Program-made: the position numbers and the translations under genes | The notes under the pieces: model-generated | The model's input: the letters and a program-made list of their open reading frames with translations, nothing else | The model's database searches: none | What the model was told of the DNA's origin: nothing | In this document: piece by piece, positions 1-9,774 of the stretch | How the letters are laid out: every line of letters starts with the position of its first letter | How positions within the stretch are numbered: position 1 is the stretch's first letter | NCBI GenBank assembly: GCA_050297075.1 | Contig: JBNKSC010000025.1 | Span: forward strand, 360,549 to 384,548 | Source: Terasakiella sp. | GTDB lineage: Bacteria; Pseudomonadota; Alphaproteobacteria; Rhodospirillales; Terasakiellaceae | DNA: 24,000 bases | Direction of reading: 5' to 3'

Positions 1-517
1 GGAAATCAACCACCTCTTCCAGTTCGCTTTTGGCTTCTTCGATACCGGCAACGTCTTCAAAGGTGACGCGGCCCTGTTTTTCCGTCAACTGGCGGGCCCG
101 GCTTTTGCCAAAGCCCATGGCCTTGCCGCCGCCGCCCTGCATCTGACGCATGAAGAAAATCCACACCCCAATCAAAAGCAGCATCGGGAACCAACTGATC
201 AGGATCGAGAAAAAGGACACGCTGTCATCTTTCGGAACAGCGGTAATTTTCACGCCCTTACCGCGCAAAGTGGTGATCAAGTTGGGGTCGTTCGGTGCAA
301 ACGTATGGAATTTGATTCCATCGCGTCGCGTTCCCGTAATGGTGTTTTCCTGAATGACCACGTCCTGAACGTTTCCTTCTTCAACAGAAGTCATGAAGTC
401 GGAGAACGGGATCGAAGACTGGTCCATATGCTGGTTGGAGCTTTGGAACAGATTGAACAGCGCAAAAATCAAAAGGGCAATGATGACCCACAGCGCCAGG
501 TTCCGGCTAAAGTTCAC
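1..517 (-). CDS. ftsH: ATP-dependent zinc metalloprotease FtsH, N-terminal part (5' end of gene; continues beyond window start)
   Basis: My own minus-strand translation from GTG at 517 gives VNFSRNLALWVIIALLIFALFNLF... and later ...FFMRQMQGGGGKAMGFGKSRARQLTEKQGRVTFEDVAGIEEAKSELEEVVDF. This is the typical FtsH N-terminus with two TM segments and the start of the AAA module. GGAAGGA lies about 8 nt upstream of the GTG. It is absent from the ORF track because it runs off the edge. Position downstream of tilS matches the conserved tilS-ftsH pair. Confidence 0.9.
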   Translation of the reverse strand, partial: MNFSRNLALWVIIALLIFALFNLFQSSNQHMDQSSIPFSDFMTSVEEGNVQDVVIQENTITGTRRDGIKFHTFAPNDPNLITTLRGKGVKITAVPKDDSVSFFSILISWFPMLLLIGVWIFFMRQMQGGGGKAMGFGKSRARQLTEKQGRVTFEDVAGIEEAKSELEEVVDF

Positions 518-598
518 GTTAGAATTCCTTCCTTCGTCTTCTCAAATTCTCAAGTGAATTAGAGATAAGCTATTTTCCTTGCTACGCAAGGCGAAACT

Positions 599-1840
599 TT
601 ATGAAAACAGCCGTTTCTTAGCAATAAATGTTAATTTTGCTTCAAAACGAGCAGCTTGGCGAACATAGTCCAAATGCGGCACACTGACGAGAACATTTCC
701 ATCCCAAAAAGAGACCAGACTGTAAAGCACCGGTTTGGGAAGATTCGCATCCTTCAAATCAGGCCTTTCTGTAACCAGCATACGCCAACCATCAGCCCCG
801 AGTATACGCATGTGCAGATCACCGTCAAAATGATCCATATCAATCCGGTATAAATTTTCAGGAATTGTTTCTTCGCGAATCTCCCGGCACACCAGCACCA
901 GCCCTTCCTGTTGTATCCAGCGACAGCCCATCAACGTGGCATCCTGCCCATTCCTCAAACCGTCATAGAGCCGTTTCAGCCGTTCAAAGCGCGGCGGGTA
1001 GACATTTCCGGAAAGAGCCATACCGATTCGTGCCAGTATCCTGAAGGCAATTTCTTCTTCCAGTTCCCTAAAAGGCGAGCTTGCGAAAAACAGATATCCT
1101 TCCTCATGAAGGTCCGCATGTGTTTGCAACCATTCTTGTGCCAAACGGTTAAGTACCCCAGAAACACGCTGCATATGCCTAGCTGTTTGCGCCAGTCTGG
1201 CCCCTGTCAGCCCCAATTCATTGAACAGGGCTTTCTGTTTTCGGATTTTCACCCGCTCAAAGTCTTCATTATCATTGGAAGGGTCTTCAATCCAGTTCTG
1301 TCCTCTCTTTTCAAGGTAGCTGATCAGGCTGCTTTTGGGCACATCAAGCAAAGGGCGCAATAAACGAAGTTTTCCTTTGCAGCTCACCTTCTGCATGGCT
1401 GAAAGGCCGTCCACACCGCTGCCACGGGCCAGTCGCAACAAAAAGGTTTCTCCCTGATCATCCAGATGATGGGCAAGCAACAGGTCTTCAATCGCATTTG
1501 CGCAACACCACTCTTCCAGCAAATGATACCGCGCCTTGCGGGCCGCTGCTTGCAGGCCGCTTGCCGGTTTATCCCCCAGCCAGACCAGTGTATGATGTTC
1601 TATCCCGTATCGGGCCAGTGTTTCGCCAACCCAGTCACACTCCTGCGCTGCCTCTTTGCGCAAACCATGGTCCACACTCAGCGCAACAAGGTCTCTACCT
1701 GTTTGGGATGCCCATTCACCCGCCAGAAGCGTCAGGGCAAGGCTATCTCCCCCGCCAGAAACGGCAACGGCCAGCCGCCCCCCAAGCGGGCACGACAGGC
1801 CGTCCATCAATTTTCCAAAGACGTTATAGTCTAGTTGCAT
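599..1840 (-). CDS. tilS: tRNA(Ile)-lysidine synthetase
   Basis: 413-aa ORF with the PP-loop motif AVAVSGGGDSLAL near the N-terminus. It sits immediately upstream of ftsH. The ATG at 1840 overlaps the cpoB stop by 10 nt; an alternative ATG lies at 1807. Confidence 0.88.
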   Translation of the reverse strand: MQLDYNVFGKLMDGLSCPLGGRLAVAVSGGGDSLALTLLAGEWASQTGRDLVALSVDHGLRKEAAQECDWVGETLARYGIEHHTLVWLGDKPASGLQAAARKARYHLLEEWCCANAIEDLLLAHHLDDQGETFLLRLARGSGVDGLSAMQKVSCKGKLRLLRPLLDVPKSSLISYLEKRGQNWIEDPSNDNEDFERVKIRKQKALFNELGLTGARLAQTARHMQRVSGVLNRLAQEWLQTHADLHEEGYLFFASSPFRELEEEIAFRILARIGMALSGNVYPPRFERLKRLYDGLRNGQDATLMGCRWIQQEGLVLVCREIREETIPENLYRIDMDHFDGDLHMRILGADGWRMLVTERPDLKDANLPKPVLYSLVSFWDGNVLVSVPHLDYVRQAARFEAKLTFIAKKRLFS

Positions 1841-2856
1841 TTGGCGTTGGTGCGCTCACGTTCCAGCGTTTTGGAAAGATGCGCCGGCATCTTGGGAAAA
1901 TCCCCGCGCAACTTGCCAAAGGTCGCACAAGCTTCACGCAATTTTTCCATTTTCGACAGGGACATACCCAGTTTCAACAAAGAATCCGGCGCTTTCGCCC
2001 CACGCGGGTCCTTTTGATAGCCTTCCAGAAAGGTTGAAGCCGCCTGTGCATAATTTCCCTGAACATAGTAGGTTTCACCCAGCCAGTAGCGCACATTGCC
2101 CGTCAGTTTGTGACCCTTATTGTCGCTCAAAAAGCTTTTAAAGCCTTTTTCCGCATCCCCGACTTCGCCGCGCATCAGCTTCTGGCGCGAACTTTCATAT
2201 AGGGCTTCCGGTGTCAGGTTTGCCGTTTCAACGACGGCTGTCTCTTGCGGGGTGACAGGTGCGGGCTGTTCAGTTGCCGTTAAAGACGGATTCTTCAGGT
2301 CCTGCCCGGAAAGGGTCCCCAAGACACCCGGTTGTGATGCTGTTGGCGCAGGCGCCGTTTGGCCTGTTGCCGGTGCTGCCAGTTGCTGTCCCTGAATGCC
2401 TTGTGCTGTTTGTGCATTTTGCGGCGTTGTTGCAGCTTCCTGAGACGAGGCTGGACGCGGTGCTTGCATGCCACCTTCCAGAGAGGTTAGGCGATAGTCC
2501 ACATCGGCAACCAGTTTATCCATTCGGGTGGTCATCTGGGTGATCCGATAAGCGGTTTCTTCCAACTGACCGGTCAACTGGCGCATCTGGTTTTCCAGCT
2601 CATTGATGCGTACGCTCAAACGTGCACCCAACGGGCCACTGACATCTTCACCACCGCCGGAAGCGACAGCCGTTGCTTCCCCGCTACCAGCAGCCCCCCC
2701 CCGATAAACTTTCAGGTTCAGGGCTTTGATATCACGGTCCATCCGCTCCATCCGGTCAAGCAGAGACTGAAGATCAGTATCCTGAGCAAGAACCGGCAAA
2801 CTGGCTGCGGCGACTAAAAACGTTGAAATAAAAAGCGTTTTGACAAATTTCTTCAT
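1831..2856 (-). CDS. cpoB: Tol-Pal system protein CpoB/YbgF (signal peptide, coiled coil, long Q/A/P/T-rich linker, C-terminal TPR domain)
   Basis: N-terminal signal peptide MKKFVKTLFISTFLVAAASLPVLA. A coiled-coil segment follows (LNLKVYR...INELENQMRQLTGQLEE). The C-terminal YbgF-type TPR reads YWLGETYYVQGNYAQAASTFLEGYQKDPRGAKAPDSLLKLGMSL. Located directly after pal. Confidence 0.85.
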   Translation of the reverse strand: MKKFVKTLFISTFLVAAASLPVLAQDTDLQSLLDRMERMDRDIKALNLKVYRGGAAGSGEATAVASGGGEDVSGPLGARLSVRINELENQMRQLTGQLEETAYRITQMTTRMDKLVADVDYRLTSLEGGMQAPRPASSQEAATTPQNAQTAQGIQGQQLAAPATGQTAPAPTASQPGVLGTLSGQDLKNPSLTATEQPAPVTPQETAVVETANLTPEALYESSRQKLMRGEVGDAEKGFKSFLSDNKGHKLTGNVRYWLGETYYVQGNYAQAASTFLEGYQKDPRGAKAPDSLLKLGMSLSKMEKLREACATFGKLRGDFPKMPAHLSKTLERERTNAKCN

Positions 2857-2909
2857 CTGATTATGAACCTGCGTCTGGTGGGTTTATCCATTTGTGCAAC
2901 GAATTGCGC

Positions 2910-2955
2910 AAAAAAACAAGGCGTTTGCCACAAGATATGCAGCAAACGCCTTGTT
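2910..2955 (-). terminator. Rho-independent terminator downstream of pal
   Basis: Perfect 14-bp inverted repeat: aacaaggcgtttgc (2915-2928) and gcaaacgccttgtt (2942-2955), with a 13-nt loop. On the minus strand the stem is followed by a T7 run (plus-strand A run 2910-2916). Confidence 0.75.
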
Positions 2956-2979
2956 GAAAAGGTAAGCCCCTAAAAAAGC

Positions 2980-3483
2980 TTAGGAACCAGCGCCCATGGA
3001 AACCACAGTTACAGCGCGACGGTTCTGCGTCCATGCTGCTTCATTGTGTCCCAGAGCGACCGGGCGTTCTTTCCCGAAAGAAATGGTTTTGACGCGCATG
3101 GCATCAACACCCAGGCTAACCAGATATTCTTTCGCCGCATTTGCGCGACGTTCACCCAGAGCCAGGTTGTATTCACGGGTGCCACGCTCATCACAATGGC
3201 CTTCAACCGCGATAACGGCATTCGGGTATTTTTTCAGCCAAACAGCTTGTTTTTCCAATGTGGAACGAGCATCAGCAGTCAGGCTGTATTGATCGAAACC
3301 GAAGAAAACACGATCACCAACATTAACAACGAAATCTTGAGCGGTACCGGCTGCCGGGCCCAGTTTTTGAGCCGTTGCGGCGCCATTGGCACCATCGCCG
3401 GAAGCTGTGGCACCATCTTGAGGAGCGGTCTCACAAGCTGCGAGCAGAGCAACAGCACCAACCAGACCGATAAACTTACGCAT
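2980..3483 (-). CDS. pal: Peptidoglycan-associated lipoprotein Pal (OmpA-like domain)
   Basis: Lipobox LLAAC in MRKFIGLVGAVALLAACE. OmpA-like C-terminal domain (EGHCDERGTREYNLALGERRANAAKEYL). The track ORF begins at a TTG (3489), but the ATG at 3483 is preceded by AAGGGGA 6 nt upstream, so it is preferred. Confidence 0.9.
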   Translation of the reverse strand: MRKFIGLVGAVALLAACETAPQDGATASGDGANGAATAQKLGPAAGTAQDFVVNVGDRVFFGFDQYSLTADARSTLEKQAVWLKKYPNAVIAVEGHCDERGTREYNLALGERRANAAKEYLVSLGVDAMRVKTISFGKERPVALGHNEAAWTQNRRAVTVVSMGAGS

Positions 3484-3599
3484 GAGCAATCCCCTTATAG
3501 GACTATTATCATTAAACTAAATTCTTACACAGACCCCCGACGGACACGAAATTTTTCGCCCCCCGTTACAAGCCTTGGATAGACTATATGCATGATTTT

Positions 3600-4931
3600 T
3601 CATGGAATCAAGGGGGACCACGCAGGATCTGATGCTTCTAGCGGGGTAATCATCTCTCTTTCGTTATATCCGGTCAGGTCCACACTATAAAGTTTTGTGG
3701 TTTTTTCCTGACCGCGCAACGTTTCACGAAAGAACATCAAAACCCGCCCATTGGGAGCCCAGGTGGGGCTTTCAACCAAATAGCCATCGGCCAATAAGCG
3801 CTCCCCGGAGCCATCGGCACGCATCACCCCGATATAGAATTTTCCTTGTAAAATTTTTGTGAAAGCAATCAAATCCCCACGCGGTGACCAGACCGGAGTG
3901 GCATAACGACCCTTGCCAAAACTGATCCGATGCACGTTTTTACCATTCGAATCCATCACATAAAGCTGCTGAGAACCACCACGATCCGAGTTGAACGTGA
4001 TCTGTTTGCCGTCAGGAGAATAACTTGGGGAGGTATCAATCGCACTATGACGTGTCAAACGGGTCGCCTGACGGGTGGCAATATCCATCGTGTAAATATC
4101 TGAATTCCCATCCTTCGCCATGGACATGATCACCTTTGAACCGTCAAAAGAGAAACGAGGGGCAAAGGTCATGCCGGGAAAATCACCCAAAATGGCCTGC
4201 TGCCCGGTATCGATATTGAACAGGTAAACACGCGGCACATTGTTGTAATAGGAAAGATAGGTAATTTCCTGCAAGGTGGGGGAAAAACGCGGTGTCAGCA
4301 CCATATCGGCACCATCGGTCAAAAAGCGATGGTTTGCCCCGTCCTGATCCATAATCGCTAAACGTTTAACCCGCCGGTTCGCCGGGCCGCTTTCCGCAAC
4401 ATAAACAACACGGGTATCAAAATATCCACTTTCCCCGGTGATGCGTTTATAGATGGTGTCTGCAATAATATGGGCAACCCGGCGCCAGTTATCCGCCACC
4501 GTGTTATAGGCCAGGCCGACCATCTGCTGTTCGGCGAATACATCCCACAGGCGAAACTGAATGGCCAGTTCCCCGTTGCCTTTAGGCACTGCATGGCCCT
4601 GCACCAAAGCTTGTGCATTCAATATCCGCCAGTCACCAAAGCGCGGCAACGTTGCCATGGACAGTTCTTTTTGAATGAAAGCATTGGGATCAATGGGACG
4701 AAACAGGCCGGAACGTTCCAGATCGGCAGAAACCACCTGTGCAATTTGCCGCCCGATCTGCGCGGCCTCACCTGTATCGCCGCTAAATTCCATCACCGCC
4801 AGCGGCATGGGTTCCACCCTGCCTTGCGTGATATCCACACGAAGCTCCGCCCAGGCAGGCAAAGCAGTTACAATAAAGGCAAAAAAGGCGAAAAACCGCA
4901 CGGCAACCATCATCACGTCCATCTGTTTCAT
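3600..4931 (-). CDS. tolB: Tol-Pal system beta-propeller protein TolB
   Basis: Signal peptide ending ALPAWA, followed by repeated propeller blades with the P.(W/Y)SPDG motif ([35 protein letters not shown]). The track start at 4943 is a TTG; the first ATG is at 4931 (MKQMDV...). The exact start is uncertain. Confidence 0.9.
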   Translation of the reverse strand: MKQMDVMMVAVRFFAFFAFIVTALPAWAELRVDITQGRVEPMPLAVMEFSGDTGEAAQIGRQIAQVVSADLERSGLFRPIDPNAFIQKELSMATLPRFGDWRILNAQALVQGHAVPKGNGELAIQFRLWDVFAEQQMVGLAYNTVADNWRRVAHIIADTIYKRITGESGYFDTRVVYVAESGPANRRVKRLAIMDQDGANHRFLTDGADMVLTPRFSPTLQEITYLSYYNNVPRVYLFNIDTGQQAILGDFPGMTFAPRFSFDGSKVIMSMAKDGNSDIYTMDIATRQATRLTRHSAIDTSPSYSPDGKQITFNSDRGGSQQLYVMDSNGKNVHRISFGKGRYATPVWSPRGDLIAFTKILQGKFYIGVMRADGSGERLLADGYLVESPTWAPNGRVLMFFRETLRGQEKTTKLYSVDLTGYNEREMITPLEASDPAWSPLIP

Positions 4932-5034
4932 TAACCAGTCCAAGCAAGATAAGCAGGAAAGGAAGGTATGCCAACCCTCAATCCCAACCTATTCGCACGT
5001 TAGGAAGCTATATCACACAGATGTGAATCGTTAA

Positions 5035-5931
5035 TTAAAGCCCTAGCAAATCCTTGGGATCAAACACCAGCGTCATATTCTGCCATTGCTCGTAAGTTTC
5101 GGCTGAAAGAGGATATGGCCAGCAACGCCGATTATTAACCGCGCGTAGCGCACTTTCCGCTGCGGCCTGATAGAATGGGTCCGACAATCGTGTTCTCGAT
5201 GCGATGGAAGCAGCCCGCGGGGTACCATCCGGGTTCATGCTGACTTCAATCTCGATTCTTAAACCTTCCGCTTCCTTTGCGCCAATGGGCGGGTTCCAGC
5301 ATTTTGAGATATGCTGGCGCAAGGCATCAATCTCGCTCAAACTCAGTTTTTTGTTCGGGTCCGAAAACTTGCTGGGTTGTTTGATCGCTTCCTGAATTTC
5401 CTTGGCGATATCATCCAGCTTGAGGTCTTCCTGTTCTTTTTGATCCTGCTTTTGCGCCTGATCCTTCAAGGTCGGAGCCAAATCTTTCATCAAGGAAGCA
5501 AAGTCATCCTTTTTCGGCGGCTTTGGTTTTTTACTCAGTTCCACCTTTTTCACACGCGGTTGCGGTTTTTCGACCTTGGGTTCCGGTTTGGGCTCGGGTT
5601 TCGGCTTTGGTTTCGGTTCCGGCTTTTTCTCCGGCACGATTTCCGCTTCAGGCTCAGGGGCAGGCTCCGCTTTTGGTTCCGGCTTGGGTTGCGGGGGCGT
5701 TGGTTTAGGTGGTGCCGGTGGCGGCGGTTTTGGTTTTTCCTTTTTCACTTCCGGCTTTTTTGCCTTCGGCTGCGGTTTCGGCACATTGGACACCTCATCA
5801 ATATTGACAATTTCAACCACAATCGGCGGATCAACAATCAAGGTACGGTCCGGCAACAGCGGAATGCCGAAATAAGCCAGCAAAATCACACTGATGTGAA
5901 ACAGAAATGATATGACGAAACTGCCGCGCAT
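5035..5931 (-). CDS. tolA: Cell envelope integrity protein TolA (N-terminal TM anchor, Pro/Lys/Glu-rich spacer, TolA/TonB-like C-terminal domain)
   Basis: TM anchor FVISFLFHISVILLAYFGIPLL, followed by about 100 aa of KPEP-type low complexity and a C-terminal globular domain. Sits between tolR and tolB. Confidence 0.82.
   Translation of the reverse strand: MRGSFVISFLFHISVILLAYFGIPLLPDRTLIVDPPIVVEIVNIDEVSNVPKPQPKAKKPEVKKEKPKPPPPAPPKPTPPQPKPEPKAEPAPEPEAEIVPEKKPEPKPKPKPEPKPEPKVEKPQPRVKKVELSKKPKPPKKDDFASLMKDLAPTLKDQAQKQDQKEQEDLKLDDIAKEIQEAIKQPSKFSDPNKKLSLSEIDALRQHISKCWNPPIGAKEAEGLRIEIEVSMNPDGTPRAASIASRTRLSDPFYQAAAESALRAVNNRRCWPYPLSAETYEQWQNMTLVFDPKDLLGL
5560..5770 (-). repeat. Low-complexity coding repeat (K-P-E-P dipeptide periodicity) inside tolA
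   Basis: The plus strand shows reiterated ggtttcgg/ggttccgg/ggctttgg units, which encode PKPEPKPKPKPEPKPEPK on the minus strand. Confidence 0.7.
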
Positions 5932-5936
5932 AAGCC

Positions 5937-6395
5937 TTATTTTTTCTTTTTCGTATTCGCCGGATTGCGCGCAATCAGCGCAACCTTGGTAAAACCGGCA
6001 TTATTGAGCGTTCCCATCACACGCATCACTGTGCCATAATCTATTTTTTCATCTCCGCGCACAAAGATACGGACATCCTGATTGTTTTTACTGATTTCCA
6101 GCAACAACGGTGCCAGCCCGTTCAATTCAACTTCCGTATCCTGAACAAAAAGCTTGCCTTCCTTGTCAATGCTCACAGCCAACGGTTCATCCTGACCATG
6201 GATTTCCCCGGCCTTTGTTTTGGGCAGGTCAACTTCAACCCCCACCGTTAACAAGGGTGCCGTCACCATAAAGATCACCAACAACACCAGCATCACATCA
6301 ACCATCGGTGTGACGTTGATCTCCGACATCTGCGATGTAGTCCGGCGTCTGCCGTAATGCCCACCTCGCCTGCGCTGATTTAACGATGCACCCAT
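5937..6395 (-). CDS. tolR: Tol-Pal system protein TolR (ExbD/TolR family)
   Basis: The ExbD/TolR signature INVTPMVDVMLVLLVIFMV forms a single TM. 152 aa, located between tolQ and tolA. Confidence 0.9.
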   Translation of the reverse strand: MGASLNQRRRGGHYGRRRTTSQMSEINVTPMVDVMLVLLVIFMVTAPLLTVGVEVDLPKTKAGEIHGQDEPLAVSIDKEGKLFVQDTEVELNGLAPLLLEISKNNQDVRIFVRGDEKIDYGTVMRVMGTLNNAGFTKVALIARNPANTKKKK

Positions 6396-6398
6396 GGC

Positions 6399-7130
6399 TT
6401 ATTTCTTTTCGTCCAGTTGGCGTGATAAAATAGCACTGAATTCACCGGAAAAACTGTCTAAACGACCGGCATAGCGGTCCAAATCCCGCGTCAGCTTGTT
6501 GTACGCCACCACGGCCGGAATAGCAGCGACCAAGCCCAAAGCCGTGGCAAACAGGGCTTCGGCAATCCCGGGGGCCACAACAGCCAAGGTGGTATTCTTG
6601 GTCTGCGCAATCGCGGTAAAGGCGTTCATAATCCCCCAGACCGTCCCGAACAGACCGATGAAAGGTGCCGTAGAACCTGTTGAAGCCAGAAAAGTCATAT
6701 TCTTTTCTACACTTTCCATCTCGCGCCCGACTGTAATCTGCATCACACGTTCCACCCGGTCCTGCAAGCGTGTGCGGATTTCACCATCTCCGCTGCGCCC
6801 CTTGGCCTGCGAGCGGCGCACTTCGCGCATGGCAGTTACAAAAACAGCCGACATAGGGTCTTGCGGCTGATTGCCCTGTGCGTCATAGAGTTGATCCAGC
6901 GACTGGCCGGACCAGAATTTATCTTCAAAACCATCGGCGCGCTTGTTGAGTTTGCGCAGACGAAAAACTTTATCAATAATGATGGCCCAACACCAGATGG
7001 ATGCCAGCAACAAGCCAACCATTACAGCCTGTACAATCAGGTCTGCGCGCATGAACAAACCAATCATGCTAATATCCGAATGGGCAACGGACCCAGCCAA
7101 AACTGCGGCTTCGACCACGTTATTTTCCAT
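6399..7130 (-). CDS. tolQ: Tol-Pal system protein TolQ (MotA/TolQ/ExbB proton channel)
   Basis: 243 aa with three TM segments and the conserved C-terminal block STAPFIGLFGTVWGIMNAF...VAPGIAEALFATALGL. Confidence 0.92.
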   Translation of the reverse strand: MENNVVEAAVLAGSVAHSDISMIGLFMRADLIVQAVMVGLLLASIWCWAIIIDKVFRLRKLNKRADGFEDKFWSGQSLDQLYDAQGNQPQDPMSAVFVTAMREVRRSQAKGRSGDGEIRTRLQDRVERVMQITVGREMESVEKNMTFLASTGSTAPFIGLFGTVWGIMNAFTAIAQTKNTTLAVVAPGIAEALFATALGLVAAIPAVVAYNKLTRDLDRYAGRLDSFSGEFSAILSRQLDEKK

Positions 7131-7560
7131 GGTTTTCCCCTAACATATCTGCAAAAACTTTCCGCAATTCCTGCGGAATGGGCACAGGACGCCCTTCGAG
7201 ATGAATACAAGCTACCTTAACTTTGACACAAACTAAAGTCTCTTGAGCACGTTTAATCACCTGCTCCATTTCCAAAGAGGCGCCTCCCAATTTGACAAGG
7301 CGGGTGTGAACCTCCAGCAAATCATCCAGTCTGGCGGGTTTACGGTAATCGGCTTCGGCCTTGCGCACGGCAAAAGCAAGGCGATCCTGTTCCAAAAGGA
7401 CGGACTGGCTGATACCGAAAGAGCGCAAAAACTCTGTGCGTGCACGTTCAGCAAATTTCAGATAATTGGCATAATAGACGATTTCACCGGCATCCGTATC
7501 TTCGTAATAAACACGCATGGGAAAAATGAAAGTGTCCCCTTCCAAACGGCCCTGACTCAT
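7120..7560 (-). CDS. ybgC: Tol-Pal-associated acyl-CoA thioesterase YbgC (4HBT hotdog fold)
   Basis: The sequence [30 protein letters not shown] is the typical YbgC/4HBT catalytic region. It lies immediately upstream of tolQ with an 11-nt overlap. Confidence 0.85.
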   Translation of the reverse strand: MSQGRLEGDTFIFPMRVYYEDTDAGEIVYYANYLKFAERARTEFLRSFGISQSVLLEQDRLAFAVRKAEADYRKPARLDDLLEVHTRLVKLGGASLEMEQVIKRAQETLVCVKVKVACIHLEGRPVPIPQELRKVFADMLGENHGK

Positions 7561-8612
7561 TCTTTATCCGTCCTTTTCAGTAAATCCATTTGCGTTTCTT
7601 CTCGGCTTTTCTGCGGTGCTTCCAAGCCCAAATGGCGATAAGCCGCATCCGAAAGCATACGCCCGCGCGGTGTCCTCATTAAAAGCCCCTGCTGGATCAA
7701 ATAAGGCTCAATCACTTCTTCAATGGTATCACGCTGTTCGGAAAGAGCCGCCGCCATGGTTTCGACCCCTACCGGTCCTCCACCGTAATTCTGGCAAATG
7801 CAGCTTAGATAGCGCCGGTCCATTTCATCAAGGCCACGATGATCCACGTTCAAACGGGTCAGCGCCCCATCGGCACAGGCAGCATCCACCGGACTAATTC
7901 CTGCCACCATGGCAAAATCGCGTACCCGGCGCAACAGCCGCCCGGCCACACGGGGAGTACCGCGTGCGCGCTTGGCCACTTCGTGCGCACCGTCCGATGT
8001 CATTTCCATGCCCAGAATGCGTGACCCACGCGTAACAATTTCTTCCAGTTCATCCACTTCATAAAAATTCATTCGCAAAGGGATACCGAAACGGTCACGC
8101 AGTGGCGTTGTAATCAGGCCGCTGCGAGTTGTCGCCCCGACCAATGTAAAAGGCGGCAGATCAATGCGCACAGAACGTGCTGCCGGGCCTTCCCCGATAA
8201 TCAGGTCAAGCTGGAAATCTTCCATGGCCGGATAAAGCACCTCCTCAATCGCCGGATTGAGACGGTGGATTTCATCAATAAACAAAACGTCATGGGGTTG
8301 CAGATTGGTCAACAGGGCCGCCAAGTCCCCCGCTTTGGCAATCACAGGGCCGGAGGTTGCTCGAAAGCCCACGCCAAGTTCGCGCGCGACAATCTGAGCC
8401 AGAGTTGTCTTGCCCAACCCCGGCGGGCCGTAAAACAAAACATGGTCCATGGCATCGCCACGTGCCTTGGCAGCTTCGACAAAGATTTTCAGGTTTTCGC
8501 GCACCTGTTTCTGACCGATAAACTCATCCAGAGCCAAAGGGCGCAAGGAATTTTCAGGGCTATCCTGTGCGGTCTCTTGCGGGGTTACCATGCGTTCATC
8601 ATCTTCATACAT
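7557..8612 (-). CDS. ruvB: Holliday junction branch migration DNA helicase RuvB
   Basis: Walker [10 protein letters not shown] and Walker [11 protein letters not shown]. The RuvB sensor and winged-helix regions are recognisable. Confidence 0.97.
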   Translation of the reverse strand: MYEDDERMVTPQETAQDSPENSLRPLALDEFIGQKQVRENLKIFVEAAKARGDAMDHVLFYGPPGLGKTTLAQIVARELGVGFRATSGPVIAKAGDLAALLTNLQPHDVLFIDEIHRLNPAIEEVLYPAMEDFQLDLIIGEGPAARSVRIDLPPFTLVGATTRSGLITTPLRDRFGIPLRMNFYEVDELEEIVTRGSRILGMEMTSDGAHEVAKRARGTPRVAGRLLRRVRDFAMVAGISPVDAACADGALTRLNVDHRGLDEMDRRYLSCICQNYGGGPVGVETMAAALSEQRDTIEEVIEPYLIQQGLLMRTPRGRMLSDAAYRHLGLEAPQKSREETQMDLLKRTDKE

Positions 8613-8654
8613 CAGCTTGCTCCCGCGTCATTCTGACGGTTTGTTCCATCCTCA

Positions 8655-9281
8655 TTACAACACCGACAATTCGGCCAGTGCTTCGCGGATCAAATCCTGC
8701 AATTCACCCCGCCCACCCAATTTTTTATTGGCTCGAGATACAGCTGCCAGCGCTTCACTACGCCCATAGCCCAGATTAACCAAGGCAGAAGCCGCTTCCA
8801 CCGGTGCCCCGCCAAATGACGACGGCACAGCCCCGCCCTCATTTGAAGAAGAAGACATTGACGATGGGCTCAGCGCAATCGCACCTGCCTTGTCTTTTAG
8901 TTCCGTGATAATTCGATTGGCAACTTTGGGCCCAACCCCGTTGGCGCGGGTCAAGGCCTTGCTGTCCTGTGCGGCAATGGCATGCACAATATCTTCGCCA
9001 GACAAGACAGAAAGAATCGCAAGCCCAACCTTGGCCCCCACACCCTGAACGGTGGTCAAAAGCTTAAACCAGTCACGTTCCCCGCTATCGGCAAAACCGT
9101 AGAGATGAATATGATCTTCACGTACATGGGTTTCTATCAACAAACTGGTCGCTTCGCTTTTACCGGGCAGTTTGCCCAGTGTCTTGGCAGAGGCAAAGAC
9201 AAGATAGCCAACCCCGTTGACATCCAGAATCAGCCAGTCTTCCCCCACACTGTCCACCAGCCCTTTGAGTTTGGCAATCAT
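8655..9281 (-). CDS. ruvA: Holliday junction branch migration complex subunit RuvA
   Basis: MIAKLKGLVDSVGEDWLILDVNGVGY is a canonical RuvA N-terminus, and HhH motifs are present (VQGVGAKVG, ANGVGPKVA). The ATG at 9281 forms an ATGA overlap with the ruvC stop. The upstream extension to 9296 is unlikely. Confidence 0.95.
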   Translation of the reverse strand: MIAKLKGLVDSVGEDWLILDVNGVGYLVFASAKTLGKLPGKSEATSLLIETHVREDHIHLYGFADSGERDWFKLLTTVQGVGAKVGLAILSVLSGEDIVHAIAAQDSKALTRANGVGPKVANRIITELKDKAGAIALSPSSMSSSSNEGGAVPSSFGGAPVEAASALVNLGYGRSEALAAVSRANKKLGGRGELQDLIREALAELSVL

Positions 9282-9772
9282 GTGCGACCTCCCCATTTAT
9301 CCGGCGTGTTGCGGTGTTGGGCATGGCAGATGGCAACCGCCAATGCATCCGCAGCATCGGCAATTTCCAGCTTCGCTGTCGGTAACAGGGTTTTGACCAT
9401 CATCTGCACCTGTTCCTTTTGCGCATGTCCGGTTCCCACAACCGTCTTTTTTACCTGATTGGGCGTATATTCGAAAACAGAAAGGCCCGCACGTGCCGGT
9501 GTTAACATCACGACTCCACGGGCCTGACCCAGTTTCAGGGTGGAGGTCGGATTTTTGTTCACAAAAGTCTCTTCAACCGCAGCTTCGATGGGACCGAAGC
9601 GTTTAATCACGCTTTCGATCCCTTCAAAAAGCTGGTTGAGGCGTTCGGCCAGAGGCAGTTTGGCATCCGTTTTGATGGCACCGTCACCAATGCAGCGCAT
9701 ACGGTTGCCGTCCACATCAATAATACCCCATCCGGTAATACGCAGCCCCGGGTCCAGCCCCATCAGCCGCAC
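9278..9772 (-). CDS. ruvC: Crossover junction endodeoxyribonuclease RuvC
   Basis: GLDPGLRITGWG...EETFVNKNPTSTLKLGQARG matches the RuvC catalytic core. The probable GTG start at 9772 lies 2 nt after the yebC stop. Confidence 0.94.
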   Translation of the reverse strand: MRLMGLDPGLRITGWGIIDVDGNRMRCIGDGAIKTDAKLPLAERLNQLFEGIESVIKRFGPIEAAVEETFVNKNPTSTLKLGQARGVVMLTPARAGLSVFEYTPNQVKKTVVGTGHAQKEQVQMMVKTLLPTAKLEIADAADALAVAICHAQHRNTPDKWGGRT

Positions 9773-9774
9773 GT

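Noticed and set aside
150-562. Plus-strand ORFs 150..353 and 305..562 at the window start.
   Set aside because: They lie antisense to the clearly recognisable ftsH N-terminal coding region, which runs off the window edge and so is missing from the track.
577-591. Hairpin ccttgc-tac-gcaagg between tilS and ftsH.
   Set aside because: The stem is only 6 bp with no U-tract in either orientation. tilS-ftsH are probably co-transcribed, so I do not call it a terminator.
5560-5770. Short periodic repeats, checked as a possible CRISPR or tandem-repeat array.
   Set aside because: The period is 6 nt with no spacer structure, and the region lies entirely within the tolA reading frame. It is a coding low-complexity region.
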